32,000 bases of DNA from Candidatus Heimdallarchaeota archaeon (GTDB taxonomy: Archaea; Asgardarchaeota; Heimdallarchaeia; Heimdallarchaeales; Kariarchaeaceae), in assembly GCA_030149205.1 (NCBI GenBank), contig JASBSB010000006.1, positions 270,001-302,000 on the forward strand. The letters are read 5' to 3'. This document shows, in pieces, positions 17,367-26,727 of this stretch. Position 1 is the first letter of the stretch; each line of letters starts with the position of its first letter. A program made the translations under genes and the position numbers. The notes beneath the pieces were generated by a model. The model was not told the DNA's origin. It worked only from the letters and a program-made list of their open reading frames with translations, and ran no database searches.

Positions 17367-18656
17367 CTACCAAACACAAACAGGAACAAAAAGCTCTTCT
17401 TTTGACAGTGATCCATGTTCACTCTTGAGAGGAGATATATAATCACCAAATTTGATTATCTCGGGAACAATAAGTTGCACTTCAGGCTTCATCAGGATCA
17501 CGTACTGTCCTAACCTGTTTTCCACCAACCCTATGTAGTGTTTTTTCCCCTCTTTGGAATGTTCTGCTTTGATGACCTCATCGACTGAAAGTATTCCATT
17601 CCCAGCAAGCTTGAATGCCTCCTCTTGTGAAACCACAATGCCAAAATTACCAATCAATTCAGATAGCTTTTCGAAGGTCTTATCACCGACGTCTGATGTA
17701 TACACATGGAGGGTTCGTCCACTTGAGCTGAGCTTAATTCCATCATTTTGGAGTTGTTTAAGTCCAGTAACAAACTTTGGTCTTTTAACCTGCATATGAC
17801 CGTGATCTGATGAGAGAAGGATCATGGTCTCACCTGATATTACACTTGGATGCTCACGTAAGGCATCAATAACTTGTTCTGTCAGTTTCACACTTTGATG
17901 GTACTCTGAGCTGTTAACTCCATAATTATGAGCAGTGTGGTCAGGGTACCCCATATATATTGAGATAACCTGCTGATTGTCCTTTCGGAGAAGTTCCCCT
18001 GCAATTTGAAGAATCTCCTGTGGGTTCTTGTAAAATTTAGGGGACAATCCTTGGCAAATAAAAGAGACAAGTCCTACAGAGGTGTATTCCACAGGTAGAA
18101 GGATATTTGAGTCTGCACCAAGCTCTTTTAGTCGAATGGTAAAGGGGTGACCAAGCATATATTCAGTTACAGAATCATTGGTAAGTACACTCTGAGGGTT
18201 CCCATTATTCAGATACATCCCACTGATTGTATGATACTCCGTTCTCAATTTTTCATGGTAAATATTGGCACCAATGACCCCATGTACTGCTGGAGTGAGT
18301 CCGGTAGAAAGAGAGACCATGTTAGTTCCTGTAAGAGTGGGAAAGCTGCTGTGAGCTGCAAGACCAAGTTCTTCCAGGTTTTTTGTTATCGACCCTTCAA
18401 AGTTTTTTATATTTTCAGTGCCAAGACCATCAACGATAATATAAATAATATTTTTGGGAACATCTCTCTCTTTAAGCTGTTTTTGTAGGGATTTATGTTT
18501 TAAAAGGGTATTCAGATCAGTGTTTAATTCTGGAAATTTATCCCCCCACAACTCTAAAACAGAGGGAAGTATCCCTGCGTTCGAATATGAATAGTTTGGT
18601 CTCAGTAGTTCCATTTCCTCATTAAACCAGCTTGTGGATATTTCAAATGAGTTCAT
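17367..18656 (-). CDS. Alkaline phosphatase superfamily nucleotide pyrophosphatase/phosphodiesterase (NPP)
   Basis: IIVDGLG; SSFPTLTGTNMVSLSTG-PAVHG; PDHTAH; SSDHGH; EHGSLSKEELFVP. ATG 18656 preferred over 18674 on TATA spacing. Confidence 0.9.
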   Translation of the reverse strand: MNSFEISTSWFNEEMELLRPNYSYSNAGILPSVLELWGDKFPELNTDLNTLLKHKSLQKQLKERDVPKNIIYIIVDGLGTENIKNFEGSITKNLEELGLAAHSSFPTLTGTNMVSLSTGLTPAVHGVIGANIYHEKLRTEYHTISGMYLNNGNPQSVLTNDSVTEYMLGHPFTIRLKELGADSNILLPVEYTSVGLVSFICQGLSPKFYKNPQEILQIAGELLRKDNQQVISIYMGYPDHTAHNYGVNSSEYHQSVKLTEQVIDALREHPSVISGETMILLSSDHGHMQVKRPKFVTGLKQLQNDGIKLSSSGRTLHVYTSDVGDKTFEKLSELIGNFGIVVSQEEAFKLAGNGILSVDEVIKAEHSKEGKKHYIGLVENRLGQYVILMKPEVQLIVPEIIKFGDYISPLKSEHGSLSKEELFVPVCVW

Positions 18657-18855
18657 TGTGTTTACAACGAGCAATTTATTTTAATGGCTTTGGCATCTAT
18701 CCATCAGTTAGTCATAAATTTTCAACAAAAAATCAGAGAAAAGTATTCAACACATACACGTATCGGAGTAAAGATACATGATGCTATTTAGAGATTAAAT
18801 AGGAGGCGCAAAGTGGACTTAAATTTATGGTAAATCTCCTGATGAATTAAGGGCA

Positions 18856-20232
18856 TTAATCCAGAGGACGTAATTTACATGTAAAGTGTCTAAGGAGTTC
18901 AGATTCCTCTGTAATTTCATAACCCTTGATCTTATCTTTTTCTTTTTTTATTGATAACAAGGTATCGATAATAAATTCAAAATGTGCTTTCTCGTAGACC
19001 CTTCTAGGAATAGTTAATCTAAGCAGTTCCAATGGTGCAGGAATAAATCTATCCCCTTCTTGGTGACCAAACATAAGGGACCCAATTTCGACAGATCTTA
19101 TACCTCCCTGGAGATATAGTTCCACAGCAAGTGCTTGTGCGGGGAACTGATTTGGAGGGATATGAGGAAGAAATTTTCCAGCATCAATAAAAGCTGCATG
19201 ACCTCCAGCAGGGAGAACAACTGGAATTCCTTCCTCGTGTAATCTATTCACAAGAAATTCCACCTGATTTATCCTGTGAGCTATCACATCTCCTTCAACT
19301 GCCTCTGAGAGGCCAGTTGCCATTGCTTCAAGGTCTCTTCCTGCTAACCCACCATAGGTTGGAAATCCCTCAAATAGAATTAATCGGTCTCTTAGATGAT
19401 CTGAAAAAGTTTTATTGTTTAGGGCTATCAAACCACCAATGTTTACATAGGCATCCTTTTTTGCAGACATCCACATTCCATCTGCAAGGTCAAACATCTC
19501 ATGAAGGATTGTCTTAAGGTTTTTTTCTCTGAACCCATTCTCTCTCTGCTGTATAAAATAAGCATTTTCAATAACTCGTGAGGCATCAATAAAGAATGGT
19601 ATAGAATACTGCCGAGCCAACATAGATACCTCTCTTAGATTCTCAATAGAGGCAGGTTGTCCGCCCCCAGCGTTGTTTGTCAGTACCATTGTAATGACAG
19701 AAACGTTTTGATGTTCGGTTTCCAGAAGCTCTCGAAGTCTCTTAATATCCATATTTCCCTTAAATGGTAGAGTGGTGTCAATCTCCTTTGATTCTTGTAC
19801 CACTAGGTCTTTAGGGTAAGCTTTGTTATACAGTATATGACCAACAGTTGTATCAAAACTCTGGTTTGACACAACAAATGAGTGAGGTTTGTCTTTCAGT
19901 ATGTATCCAAATAATATATTTTCTGCTGCCCTTCCCTGATGAGTTGGAATAATTTCTGAAAAACCAGTTAAGTCTGTTACCACAGATTTTAACCTGTAAA
20001 AACTCTTTGCATTCGCATAAGACTCATCTCCAACCATAAGAGATGCCCATTGTTTATCGGACATTGCTCCTGTACCACTGTCAGTCAAGAGGTCTATAAA
20101 AATATCTTCCGAATTGAGGTTGAACAGGTTGTAATTTGCTTCCTTAATTGCCTGGTTTCGCCTTTCAACACTGGGTAATTTAATTGGCTCTATCATTTTT
20201 ATTCTATAAGGAGGAGGAAAATATTTCACCAT
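18856..20232 (-). CDS. tnaA: Tryptophanase (PLP-dependent tryptophan indole-lyase)
   Basis: IDLLTDSGT; SAKKD (PLP lysine); GFPTYGGLAGRD; FDTT and LRHFT distinguish it from tyrosine phenol-lyase (FTTT, LRFFT). Confidence 0.93.
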   Translation of the reverse strand: MVKYFPPPYRIKMIEPIKLPSVERRNQAIKEANYNLFNLNSEDIFIDLLTDSGTGAMSDKQWASLMVGDESYANAKSFYRLKSVVTDLTGFSEIIPTHQGRAAENILFGYILKDKPHSFVVSNQSFDTTVGHILYNKAYPKDLVVQESKEIDTTLPFKGNMDIKRLRELLETEHQNVSVITMVLTNNAGGGQPASIENLREVSMLARQYSIPFFIDASRVIENAYFIQQRENGFREKNLKTILHEMFDLADGMWMSAKKDAYVNIGGLIALNNKTFSDHLRDRLILFEGFPTYGGLAGRDLEAMATGLSEAVEGDVIAHRINQVEFLVNRLHEEGIPVVLPAGGHAAFIDAGKFLPHIPPNQFPAQALAVELYLQGGIRSVEIGSLMFGHQEGDRFIPAPLELLRLTIPRRVYEKAHFEFIIDTLLSIKKEKDKIKGYEITEESELLRHFTCKLRPLD

Positions 20233-20411
20233 TGAACTATTGAATTACAAATTCCCTCTTAATTTTTGGGGAATCAGACTGGAAAATCAGAGAAAATCAT
20301 ATTAAAAGATGCATTGTATTTTTTGGAATAATTTTTTGAATATCAAAAATAAATGACTTAAGTATTAACAATCGTAAATGAGTATTTAACCTCTTGATTA
20401 GTACATAGGGT

Positions 20412-20834
20412 ATGTTTGATGAACTATTAGAAAATTGGAATATAAACCAAGAAATGAATATGAGATTGCTGGAAATAGCTAAGAATCACATGGATGAACG
20501 TCCTCGACCAAAGGCAAAAACCATCGAGGGACACTTTCAACACATACAGAACAACAGGATCAGTTGGTTGGAACATATCACACCTGTTCAACCAATCGAC
20601 AAAGACTCTACGATAAAGAGCTCCTTGATTGAATCATCGCAAGCTGTGGCTAACCTGATAGAGTTCTCGAAAAATGGGGGAGAGATAACTGGAACAAAGG
20701 CAGGTTTACACAAGTTCATTTTTTATCTTGTGTCTCATGAATCTCACCACCGTGGTCAGATAATGCTGATCCTAAGAAACGCAGGGGTACAGGTGTCACA
20801 CCATGACCAGTACAGTCTGTGGGATTGGAAGTAA
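20412..20834 (+). CDS. DinB/YfiT-like four-helix metal-binding protein
   Basis: HFQHI...W and SHESHHRGQI motifs; C-terminal W-W. Confidence 0.85.
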   Translation: MFDELLENWNINQEMNMRLLEIAKNHMDERPRPKAKTIEGHFQHIQNNRISWLEHITPVQPIDKDSTIKSSLIESSQAVANLIEFSKNGGEITGTKAGLHKFIFYLVSHESHHRGQIMLILRNAGVQVSHHDQYSLWDWK

Positions 20835-21086
20835 TGAGAAACGTTAAACTGGTAAAGAAATTAACTATTGTTTCATATTTTATTGAGATTAGGAATTAAA
20901 CAACCGTCAACATTCGGTTTTTAACCCTTAATTTCAAGAAGAAATATTCAGAAAAAAGTTAATCCAAGCTTGAAAATAGTTCTAATTAGAAGGAGAAACA
21001 ACTTATTTTAAAAACCGACAGATAGCACAAATTTTGAGATTACCTCAGACATAAGGTTAAAATCCAAGCTGGTGCTCTACAATTCT

Positions 21087-23051
21087 ATGAGTCAACAGAA
21101 ACCCAAAGTTCTTCCAGAGGATTATTTAGAACTAAAAAAGGTTGGCAACATCATTTCCAACCGAGATTATGTGGTCTGGACAGAGACAACCCCAAACCAG
21201 CTCAAGCGAACCTACACCTCAAAATTACGAGCACAGAACAAATCTACGGGGGAGATCAAGTACATTACATCTGGTTCCGATAGTAACCCAGAGTTCTTTC
21301 CGGAAGAATTGGGAAAAAACAGATTGATCTTTCTCAGTAGACGGTCAGGAAAGAATCAGGTTTACCTCTTGGATTTAGATTTTGGTGGAGAGGCTGAACA
21401 ACTGACTTCACACAAAAATGGGGTCACTTATGCTAAACTGAGCCCAGATGGAAGTAAATTGGTGTTTTTAGCAAACATCAGAGAGGGAGAAAATGACAAG
21501 CTGACCAAACCTAACAATGAACTAGAAGAAAAAGAGATAATGCTCGTAGAGGAGGAAGAAGAGAGAAAAATTTTTGACCCTTACGTGGCCGATACGCTAG
21601 TCTATAGAGAAGGAACCGCCTACCATGATCAACGAAAAAGCCATGTTTATGTTTATGACTTCAAGACCAATGAGCATAAGAGAGTAAGCAGGCGTAACAC
21701 TAACCATTGGTCTCCACTTTGGATAAATGAGAAAGAGATTATCGCTACTGCAAAGATATATGAACCCACTGACCTAAACCAAAGGATTTCCCTTCTTAAA
21801 TTTGATTTAAGCCAGGTAAAGGAGGGGGGGATTAAAGGGAATGAACTGTTGGAGTTTAGGTCTTGGAACGCCCCCGAGATAAGCATATCACCAAATGGAA
21901 AGCGTATGACACTTCAAAGTTTAGAAGAGGGGACAATTGGAGGGCAGAACGGGGTTCACCTCGTTTATGATTTTGAGTCCAACAGCACTGATCCTATAAT
22001 TTTGGATCGTGCGGCATATGGAGTTCAATGGAAGGACGATGATACTGTTCAGATGATGGTGGATGACACTGGAAGAACTGATGTTCGAGAATATTCAATT
22101 GAGACGAAAGAAATTGATACTCTCATTGAGAAAGCTGATTCAATAACATCATTCTCATTCAGTGATGATGAGGTATTTTTCACTGCCACCGGTTATCTGC
22201 ATTATCAGGCGATCTGGACAGGAAAAAATTCTCCTGTTTTACTTGAGGATCCCAACCAAAGCTACATTGATCAGAGGGAAATTGTGGTACCTGAGGAAAG
22301 ATGGTTCAAAGCAATTGATGGCTCTAAATTTCAAGGTTGGTACTTTAGTGCAGGTGAAAATTCGCCTTTAGCTCTTGACGTTCATGGAGGGCCGCATGCC
22401 ATGTGGAATGGGACTGGCACAATGTGGCATCAATTTCAATGTTTGGTTTCTGCAGGATATTCAGTTTTAGCAACCAATCCAAGGGGGAGTGCAGGATATG
22501 GCCAGGAATTTGCCCAGTCAATATTAGGTGAATGGGGAGTAAATGATGCAAGAGACCTATTAAATGCTGTTGATGAGATATCTAAAGAGACCAATCCCTC
22601 CTCAGTGGTTGTTCTAGGGGGATCATATGCAGGATTTCAGACTATGAACCTAATAGGAATTGACAAGAGATTTAAGGCAGCTGTTGCACAGAGAGGAGTT
22701 TATGATTTTATCACCTTCCCAATTGGAACTGATATCCCACTTTGGTTCTATGATGAGATAAAGGGAACCCCATGGGATGACGTAAAAAGACTCTGGGATC
22801 TTTCCCCTCTCTCTAAAGCCAAAGATATTGAGACACCAGTCCTGATTATTGCATCTGAGAAAGATTTTCGGGTTCAAATATCTCAGTCAGAAGAAATGTA
22901 CGCTGCGTTAAAATATTTCAATAAACCTGCTGTTTTTGTAAGATACCCTCGCGATGGACACGAACTTTCCAGAAGTGGTGAACCCTCTCATGTTGTAGAC
23001 AGATTAAACCGTATCATAGACTGGTTTAACAAATATGTGAATAAAGAATAA
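21087..23051 (+). CDS. S9-family serine peptidase (acylaminoacyl/dipeptidyl peptidase), beta-propeller plus alpha/beta hydrolase
   Basis: VHGGPH; NPRGSAGYG; GGSYAG (Ser); EKDFRV (Asp); YPRDGH (His). ATG 21087 preferred. Confidence 0.93.
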   Translation: MSQQKPKVLPEDYLELKKVGNIISNRDYVVWTETTPNQLKRTYTSKLRAQNKSTGEIKYITSGSDSNPEFFPEELGKNRLIFLSRRSGKNQVYLLDLDFGGEAEQLTSHKNGVTYAKLSPDGSKLVFLANIREGENDKLTKPNNELEEKEIMLVEEEEERKIFDPYVADTLVYREGTAYHDQRKSHVYVYDFKTNEHKRVSRRNTNHWSPLWINEKEIIATAKIYEPTDLNQRISLLKFDLSQVKEGGIKGNELLEFRSWNAPEISISPNGKRMTLQSLEEGTIGGQNGVHLVYDFESNSTDPIILDRAAYGVQWKDDDTVQMMVDDTGRTDVREYSIETKEIDTLIEKADSITSFSFSDDEVFFTATGYLHYQAIWTGKNSPVLLEDPNQSYIDQREIVVPEERWFKAIDGSKFQGWYFSAGENSPLALDVHGGPHAMWNGTGTMWHQFQCLVSAGYSVLATNPRGSAGYGQEFAQSILGEWGVNDARDLLNAVDEISKETNPSSVVVLGGSYAGFQTMNLIGIDKRFKAAVAQRGVYDFITFPIGTDIPLWFYDEIKGTPWDDVKRLWDLSPLSKAKDIETPVLIIASEKDFRVQISQSEEMYAALKYFNKPAVFVRYPRDGHELSRSGEPSHVVDRLNRIIDWFNKYVNKE

Positions 23052-23292
23052 TACATCAGACTATTATAATAAAACTGGGAAAATTCCCTGCTAAGAGGTA
23101 ATCAAAAGATAAAACTAAGATGAACTTTCACCTTTTCAACCTGTTACATCTTTTAATATGAAATATTAGTTGAAATTCGTTACCCACTTCAAAAACCAAA
23201 GTACCTCGAATCTTCGAAGAGAATTTTGAAAAATTGAGAAACAAAAATTCAATTCGAAAACTCTATATAGATAGAGCTACGATTTTGAGATT

Positions 23293-23922
23293 ATGGATAT
23301 TCCAGAGATTGGGAGATGTGACCTTTGCTTTAACGTGAGAGATGTGAAAGACTCCTACAAGTTTTACACTGAACTCGGATTTAAAATGGTTGAGGGAGAC
23401 CTAAAGGAAAACTGGGCAGTTTTGTCACACAGGGGGTTCAGAATTGGTTTGTATAATGGACATATAGACAAAAATCTATTAAATTTCAGAGGTGGAGACC
23501 CTAAATTGATAAATGATTATGTAAATAGAAATGGGTTCAACGTTTCCATCAAGTTCAAAGAGGGAGAGAAAGGAGGGGGTAATCTTACTGTACTCGATCC
23601 CGATGGGTATGCAATATTCTTTGATACTCACTATACAGAGCTGGAAATCCCCATGCAAATGAAATCTTATCTGGAGAGAGAGAAAAGTTCAGAGCTAGGT
23701 GTGGGGGAAGCTCACATAGTCTTAACTGTACAAAATATTGCAACAACCAAAAAATTCTATGAATCTCTTGGATTTATAACCCAAGGAGAAAGTCTAGTTC
23801 ATGGTAATGTGAGACTTTTGTTGAGACCTGGAAACAAAAAAGAGCTTTTGTTGCTGTTTAAGGGAGATAACGAAACAAAACAGCTTGTAGACCCAGATGG
23901 AACCATTCTTATGTTTGAATAG
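23293..23922 (+). CDS. VOC/glyoxalase-family protein with a duplicated domain
   Basis: LCFNVRDVKDSYKFYTELGF...VLDPDG and a second unit LTVQNIATTKKFYESLGF...LVDPDG. Confidence 0.85.
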   Translation: MDIPEIGRCDLCFNVRDVKDSYKFYTELGFKMVEGDLKENWAVLSHRGFRIGLYNGHIDKNLLNFRGGDPKLINDYVNRNGFNVSIKFKEGEKGGGNLTVLDPDGYAIFFDTHYTELEIPMQMKSYLEREKSSELGVGEAHIVLTVQNIATTKKFYESLGFITQGESLVHGNVRLLLRPGNKKELLLLFKGDNETKQLVDPDGTILMFE

Positions 23923-24137
23923 TCATACAGTACTCATAAAAGGTTATATATTCCTTAACTAATCCGGATGAGGCTGTGAATATTGTTTCTTTCTATTGAT
24001 ATATTTTAAGATGGGAGTTAAATCAGATTTTCAAAAAATCTGAATATAGGCTATAGTTTCCCAGTTATCTAGAGTTAATTACCATTGTATAGAACCTCTG
24101 ATACGTTGATTAGTCGATAAAGTGAAGGTTGCAGGAA

Positions 24138-24770
24138 TTAGAGTGAAAGCAAAACATTCACCGGGTCAACGAAGTTAGGTGAATCTACTCGTTTTGTTGC
24201 CACTTTAACAATAGATTGAACCTTAGGATTAAAGGCGATTGAATGCTTCACTGTCTGGAACATATCTATATCATTGAAATTATCACCTATTGCTGCAGTA
24301 TTGTGCACATCAAAACCAAATCTATCCGCTATCTCTTCTATAACAATTTTTTTTGAATTACCAACCTTTACAGTCACTTTTCCAGTTAAGGTTCCATTTG
24401 ACTCATGTATAAGGTTTGAATATGCATGTTTAACATTCAGCTCCTTAGCTACTGCATCAACAAAATAATTGAACCCACCACTTAAGAGAATAATCTCTGC
24501 ACCAGTCTCTTTTAGGGTGCCTATACCCTCTTTAGCTCCCTCTATCAGGTGTGGGGGTAGGATTGCTGAGAGCAGATTTTGAAGAGATTGTCCCCTCCAA
24601 AGACCTACATCTAGCTCAGCCCATTGACCAAAACTAAGTTCACCTTTCATGGCTTTGTCATAATACTTTCTAGCTTGATCTTGAACCCCAAACTTTGTGT
24701 GTGCGAGCTGCCAACAACTTAATCCCTTGGTTAAGGTACCATCCACATCCAAAAATATGGCATCATACAT
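24138..24770 (-). CDS. HAD-IB phosphatase, phosphoserine phosphatase-like
   Basis: FLDVDGTL (motif I); LLSGG (II); K (III); GDNFND (IV); AFNPK. Confidence 0.88.
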   Translation of the reverse strand: MYDAIFLDVDGTLTKGLSCWQLAHTKFGVQDQARKYYDKAMKGELSFGQWAELDVGLWRGQSLQNLLSAILPPHLIEGAKEGIGTLKETGAEIILLSGGFNYFVDAVAKELNVKHAYSNLIHESNGTLTGKVTVKVGNSKKIVIEEIADRFGFDVHNTAAIGDNFNDIDMFQTVKHSIAFNPKVQSIVKVATKRVDSPNFVDPVNVLLSL

Positions 24771-24837
24771 AGCTCTCTTCTGACTGCTTAGTATAAAATA
24801 GTTGATTTTAAGTTCTAAAGTAATAAAGGCAAAATCA

Positions 24838-24948
24838 TACCGGGAGGGGGAATTTCATCCAACATGAGAAATGTCAGATTTTGAACCCCCGAACCTCTAC
24901 AGGATGAGGACCTAAACCTCACGCAATTGGCCACTATGCGATCCCGGT
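24838..24948 (-). tRNA. tRNA-Leu(UAG) with a 28-nt T-loop intron
   Basis: Acceptor ACCGGGA/TCCCGGT plus discriminator A; anticodon stem TGAGG/CCTCA with loop TT-TAG-GT (anticodon 24912-24914); long variable arm CCT-GTAG-AGG; T-stem GGGGG/CCCCC; mature length 83 nt without CCA. Confidence 0.95.
24852..24879 (-). other. tRNA intron at position 59/60 with a strict bulge-helix-bulge motif
   Basis: TTCA/TGAA central helix; bulges AA|A and AT|T; intron hairpin TCTGACAT-TTCTC-ATGTTGGA. Confidence 0.92.
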
Positions 24949-25118
24949 AAACTAGGTGCAAGACCTTAATTTACCTGCTCAATATCTGTTAAAAAGCATT
25001 CTTATACTGTTTGAGAACAATAGATGATTTCATATTTATGGTTGAAAGCCATTTGAAACCTCATCTTCAAAAATGGAAGTTAGATAAAATTTCCTTAAAT
25101 CAGATTCATTAATTGTTC

Positions 25119-25511
25119 TTACTTTTCAAAACACTTGATTTTTTCTTTAAAAAGTTTCTCTACCCAATGAAGAGGGTCTTTCAACTCCTGAGCAACACGG
25201 AGAGTTAGATCATAAAATTCAATACGCTCTGTAAATGCGCAATTGTTTACGTCAAGATAAGTCAAAAGAGTTCCTAAGCCAGCCCGCTTGTTCCCATCAA
25301 CGAAGTAATGGTTTTGGATTATTCTGACATAAATGTACGCCGCTGTTTCTACAATATTTTTCTTTCCTAGGTAAACAGCATTGGGGACTGAATCTATGAA
25401 GCTCTTCAAGCCATCTGGGTTCATTATTCCTCGTTCACCTCCAAATACCTCAATGCTCGAATCGTGAAGATTTTTTATCTGGTCATAGTTTGGAATTTTC
25501 ATTAGCACCAT
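25119..25511 (-). CDS. doc: Doc-type Fic-family toxin (death-on-curing)
   Basis: LHD...FGG-RG; IIQNHYFVDGNKRAG (Doc HxFxDGNKR variant). Confidence 0.9.
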   Translation of the reverse strand: MVLMKIPNYDQIKNLHDSSIEVFGGERGIMNPDGLKSFIDSVPNAVYLGKKNIVETAAYIYVRIIQNHYFVDGNKRAGLGTLLTYLDVNNCAFTERIEFYDLTLRVAQELKDPLHWVEKLFKEKIKCFEK

Positions 25512-25517
25512 TCATAC

Positions 25518-25718
25518 CTACTCCGCTAGCCTTTGAAAGGTAAGCTCATGCTCATCGAATGTCTTCTTGATTGATTTATGCCATTCCTTATTACTTGGAG
25601 GTATCACTCGGATCACCTCAAGCAATCTTCGAAAAAAGTCGTCCCAGCTCTCCTCATCAAATTTGTACTTAATGAACCGTTGATATGTCTGATCAGACAA
25701 CTCAATTTGATGTTTCAC
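25518..25718 (-). CDS. Antitoxin partner of Doc
   Basis: (V)KHQIELSDQTYQRF...ESWDDFFRRLL RHH-like N-terminus; C-terminus KKTFDEHELTFQRLAE; GTG 25718 has TTTTATAT ending about 22 nt upstream; 6 nt before doc. Confidence 0.72.
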   Translation of the reverse strand: MKHQIELSDQTYQRFIKYKFDEESWDDFFRRLLEVIRVIPPSNKEWHKSIKKTFDEHELTFQRLAE

Positions 25719-25846
25719 TAATAGCAGACCCACAGAATCATATAAAAACAGTGTGCTTGAGCTAGCTTCTGACATCAGAAGAAACAAACTTCTAGAGATG
25801 GTTATCGAAGTTACACATTAAATAATCAACAATCCATAGTTTCTTT

Positions 25847-26716
25847 ATGAAAGGTAAAACAGTTCTAATCACAGGAACCTCAGCAGGCATAGGCATGGAG
25901 ACTGCTAAAGGCATTGCAAAGCTGGGGGGAAACATCGTGTCTCTGAACAGAAACGAAGATAAAACCATGAAGGCTCATGAGGAGATCCTTAAGGATGTCC
26001 CAGATGCAACACTCTCCTTTGTGGAATGTGACCTCAGCTCATTTAAATCTGTGAGAAAGGCTGCTGCAAAGATTTTAGAAAAATATCCAAAGATAGATGT
26101 GCTAATAAATAATGCAGGAGGTATCTTCACTGAGAAAGTGTTAACTGAAGATGGATTTGAGCGTACTTACCAAATTAACCATCTTGGGCATTTTCTTTTG
26201 ACAAATCTTATAAGCAAAAATTTTGTAGAAGGAACAAGAATTGTGAATTTATCCTCTTCTGCTCATTATCGTGGAAGGGTTGACTTGGATAATCTCAATG
26301 GCGAAAAATCGTTCTCTGGGTTTGGAACATATTCAAACTCAAAACTGATGAATGTGCTTTTCACAAAAAAGCTGGCTGAAGTGCTAGAACCACAAAAAAT
26401 TACTGCTAATGCAGTTCATCCAGGAGTGGTCAGAACTGAGTTTGGTAAGAAGAACGTTAACCTACTTACAAAAATTGGGGTAAAAGTCCTTGGAATATTT
26501 TCAATCTCACCAGCAAAGGGTGCACAGACGTCTATTTATGTTGCTACCTCTGATGAGGTAAAAGGTGTTACTGGAAAATACTTTGCCAACAAGAAGGTCA
26601 AGAAACCCTCAAAATTTGCGGAAGATAAAGACCTCATTAATAATTTCTGGGTGAAAAGCCTTGTGGATTCAGGGTTGAAAGAAAATCAAGTTATCCACAA
26701 TCCAACCATGTCATAA
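25847..26716 (+). CDS. Short-chain dehydrogenase/reductase (retinol dehydrogenase-like)
   Basis: TGTSAGIG; NNAG; NHLGHFLLT; SS; YSNSK; HPGVVRT. Confidence 0.93.
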   Translation: MKGKTVLITGTSAGIGMETAKGIAKLGGNIVSLNRNEDKTMKAHEEILKDVPDATLSFVECDLSSFKSVRKAAAKILEKYPKIDVLINNAGGIFTEKVLTEDGFERTYQINHLGHFLLTNLISKNFVEGTRIVNLSSSAHYRGRVDLDNLNGEKSFSGFGTYSNSKLMNVLFTKKLAEVLEPQKITANAVHPGVVRTEFGKKNVNLLTKIGVKVLGIFSISPAKGAQTSIYVATSDEVKGVTGKYFANKKVKKPSKFAEDKDLINNFWVKSLVDSGLKENQVIHNPTMS

Positions 26717-26727
26717 CTTGAGAAAAT

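Noticed and set aside
45-24850. Possible integrated element using either tRNA 3' end as attachment site
   Set aside because: No second copy of either tRNA 3' end (CCCGCCCGTGTCA or CCCCCTCCCGGTA) and no integrase were seen by eye; a computational repeat search would be needed to exclude a short degenerate att.
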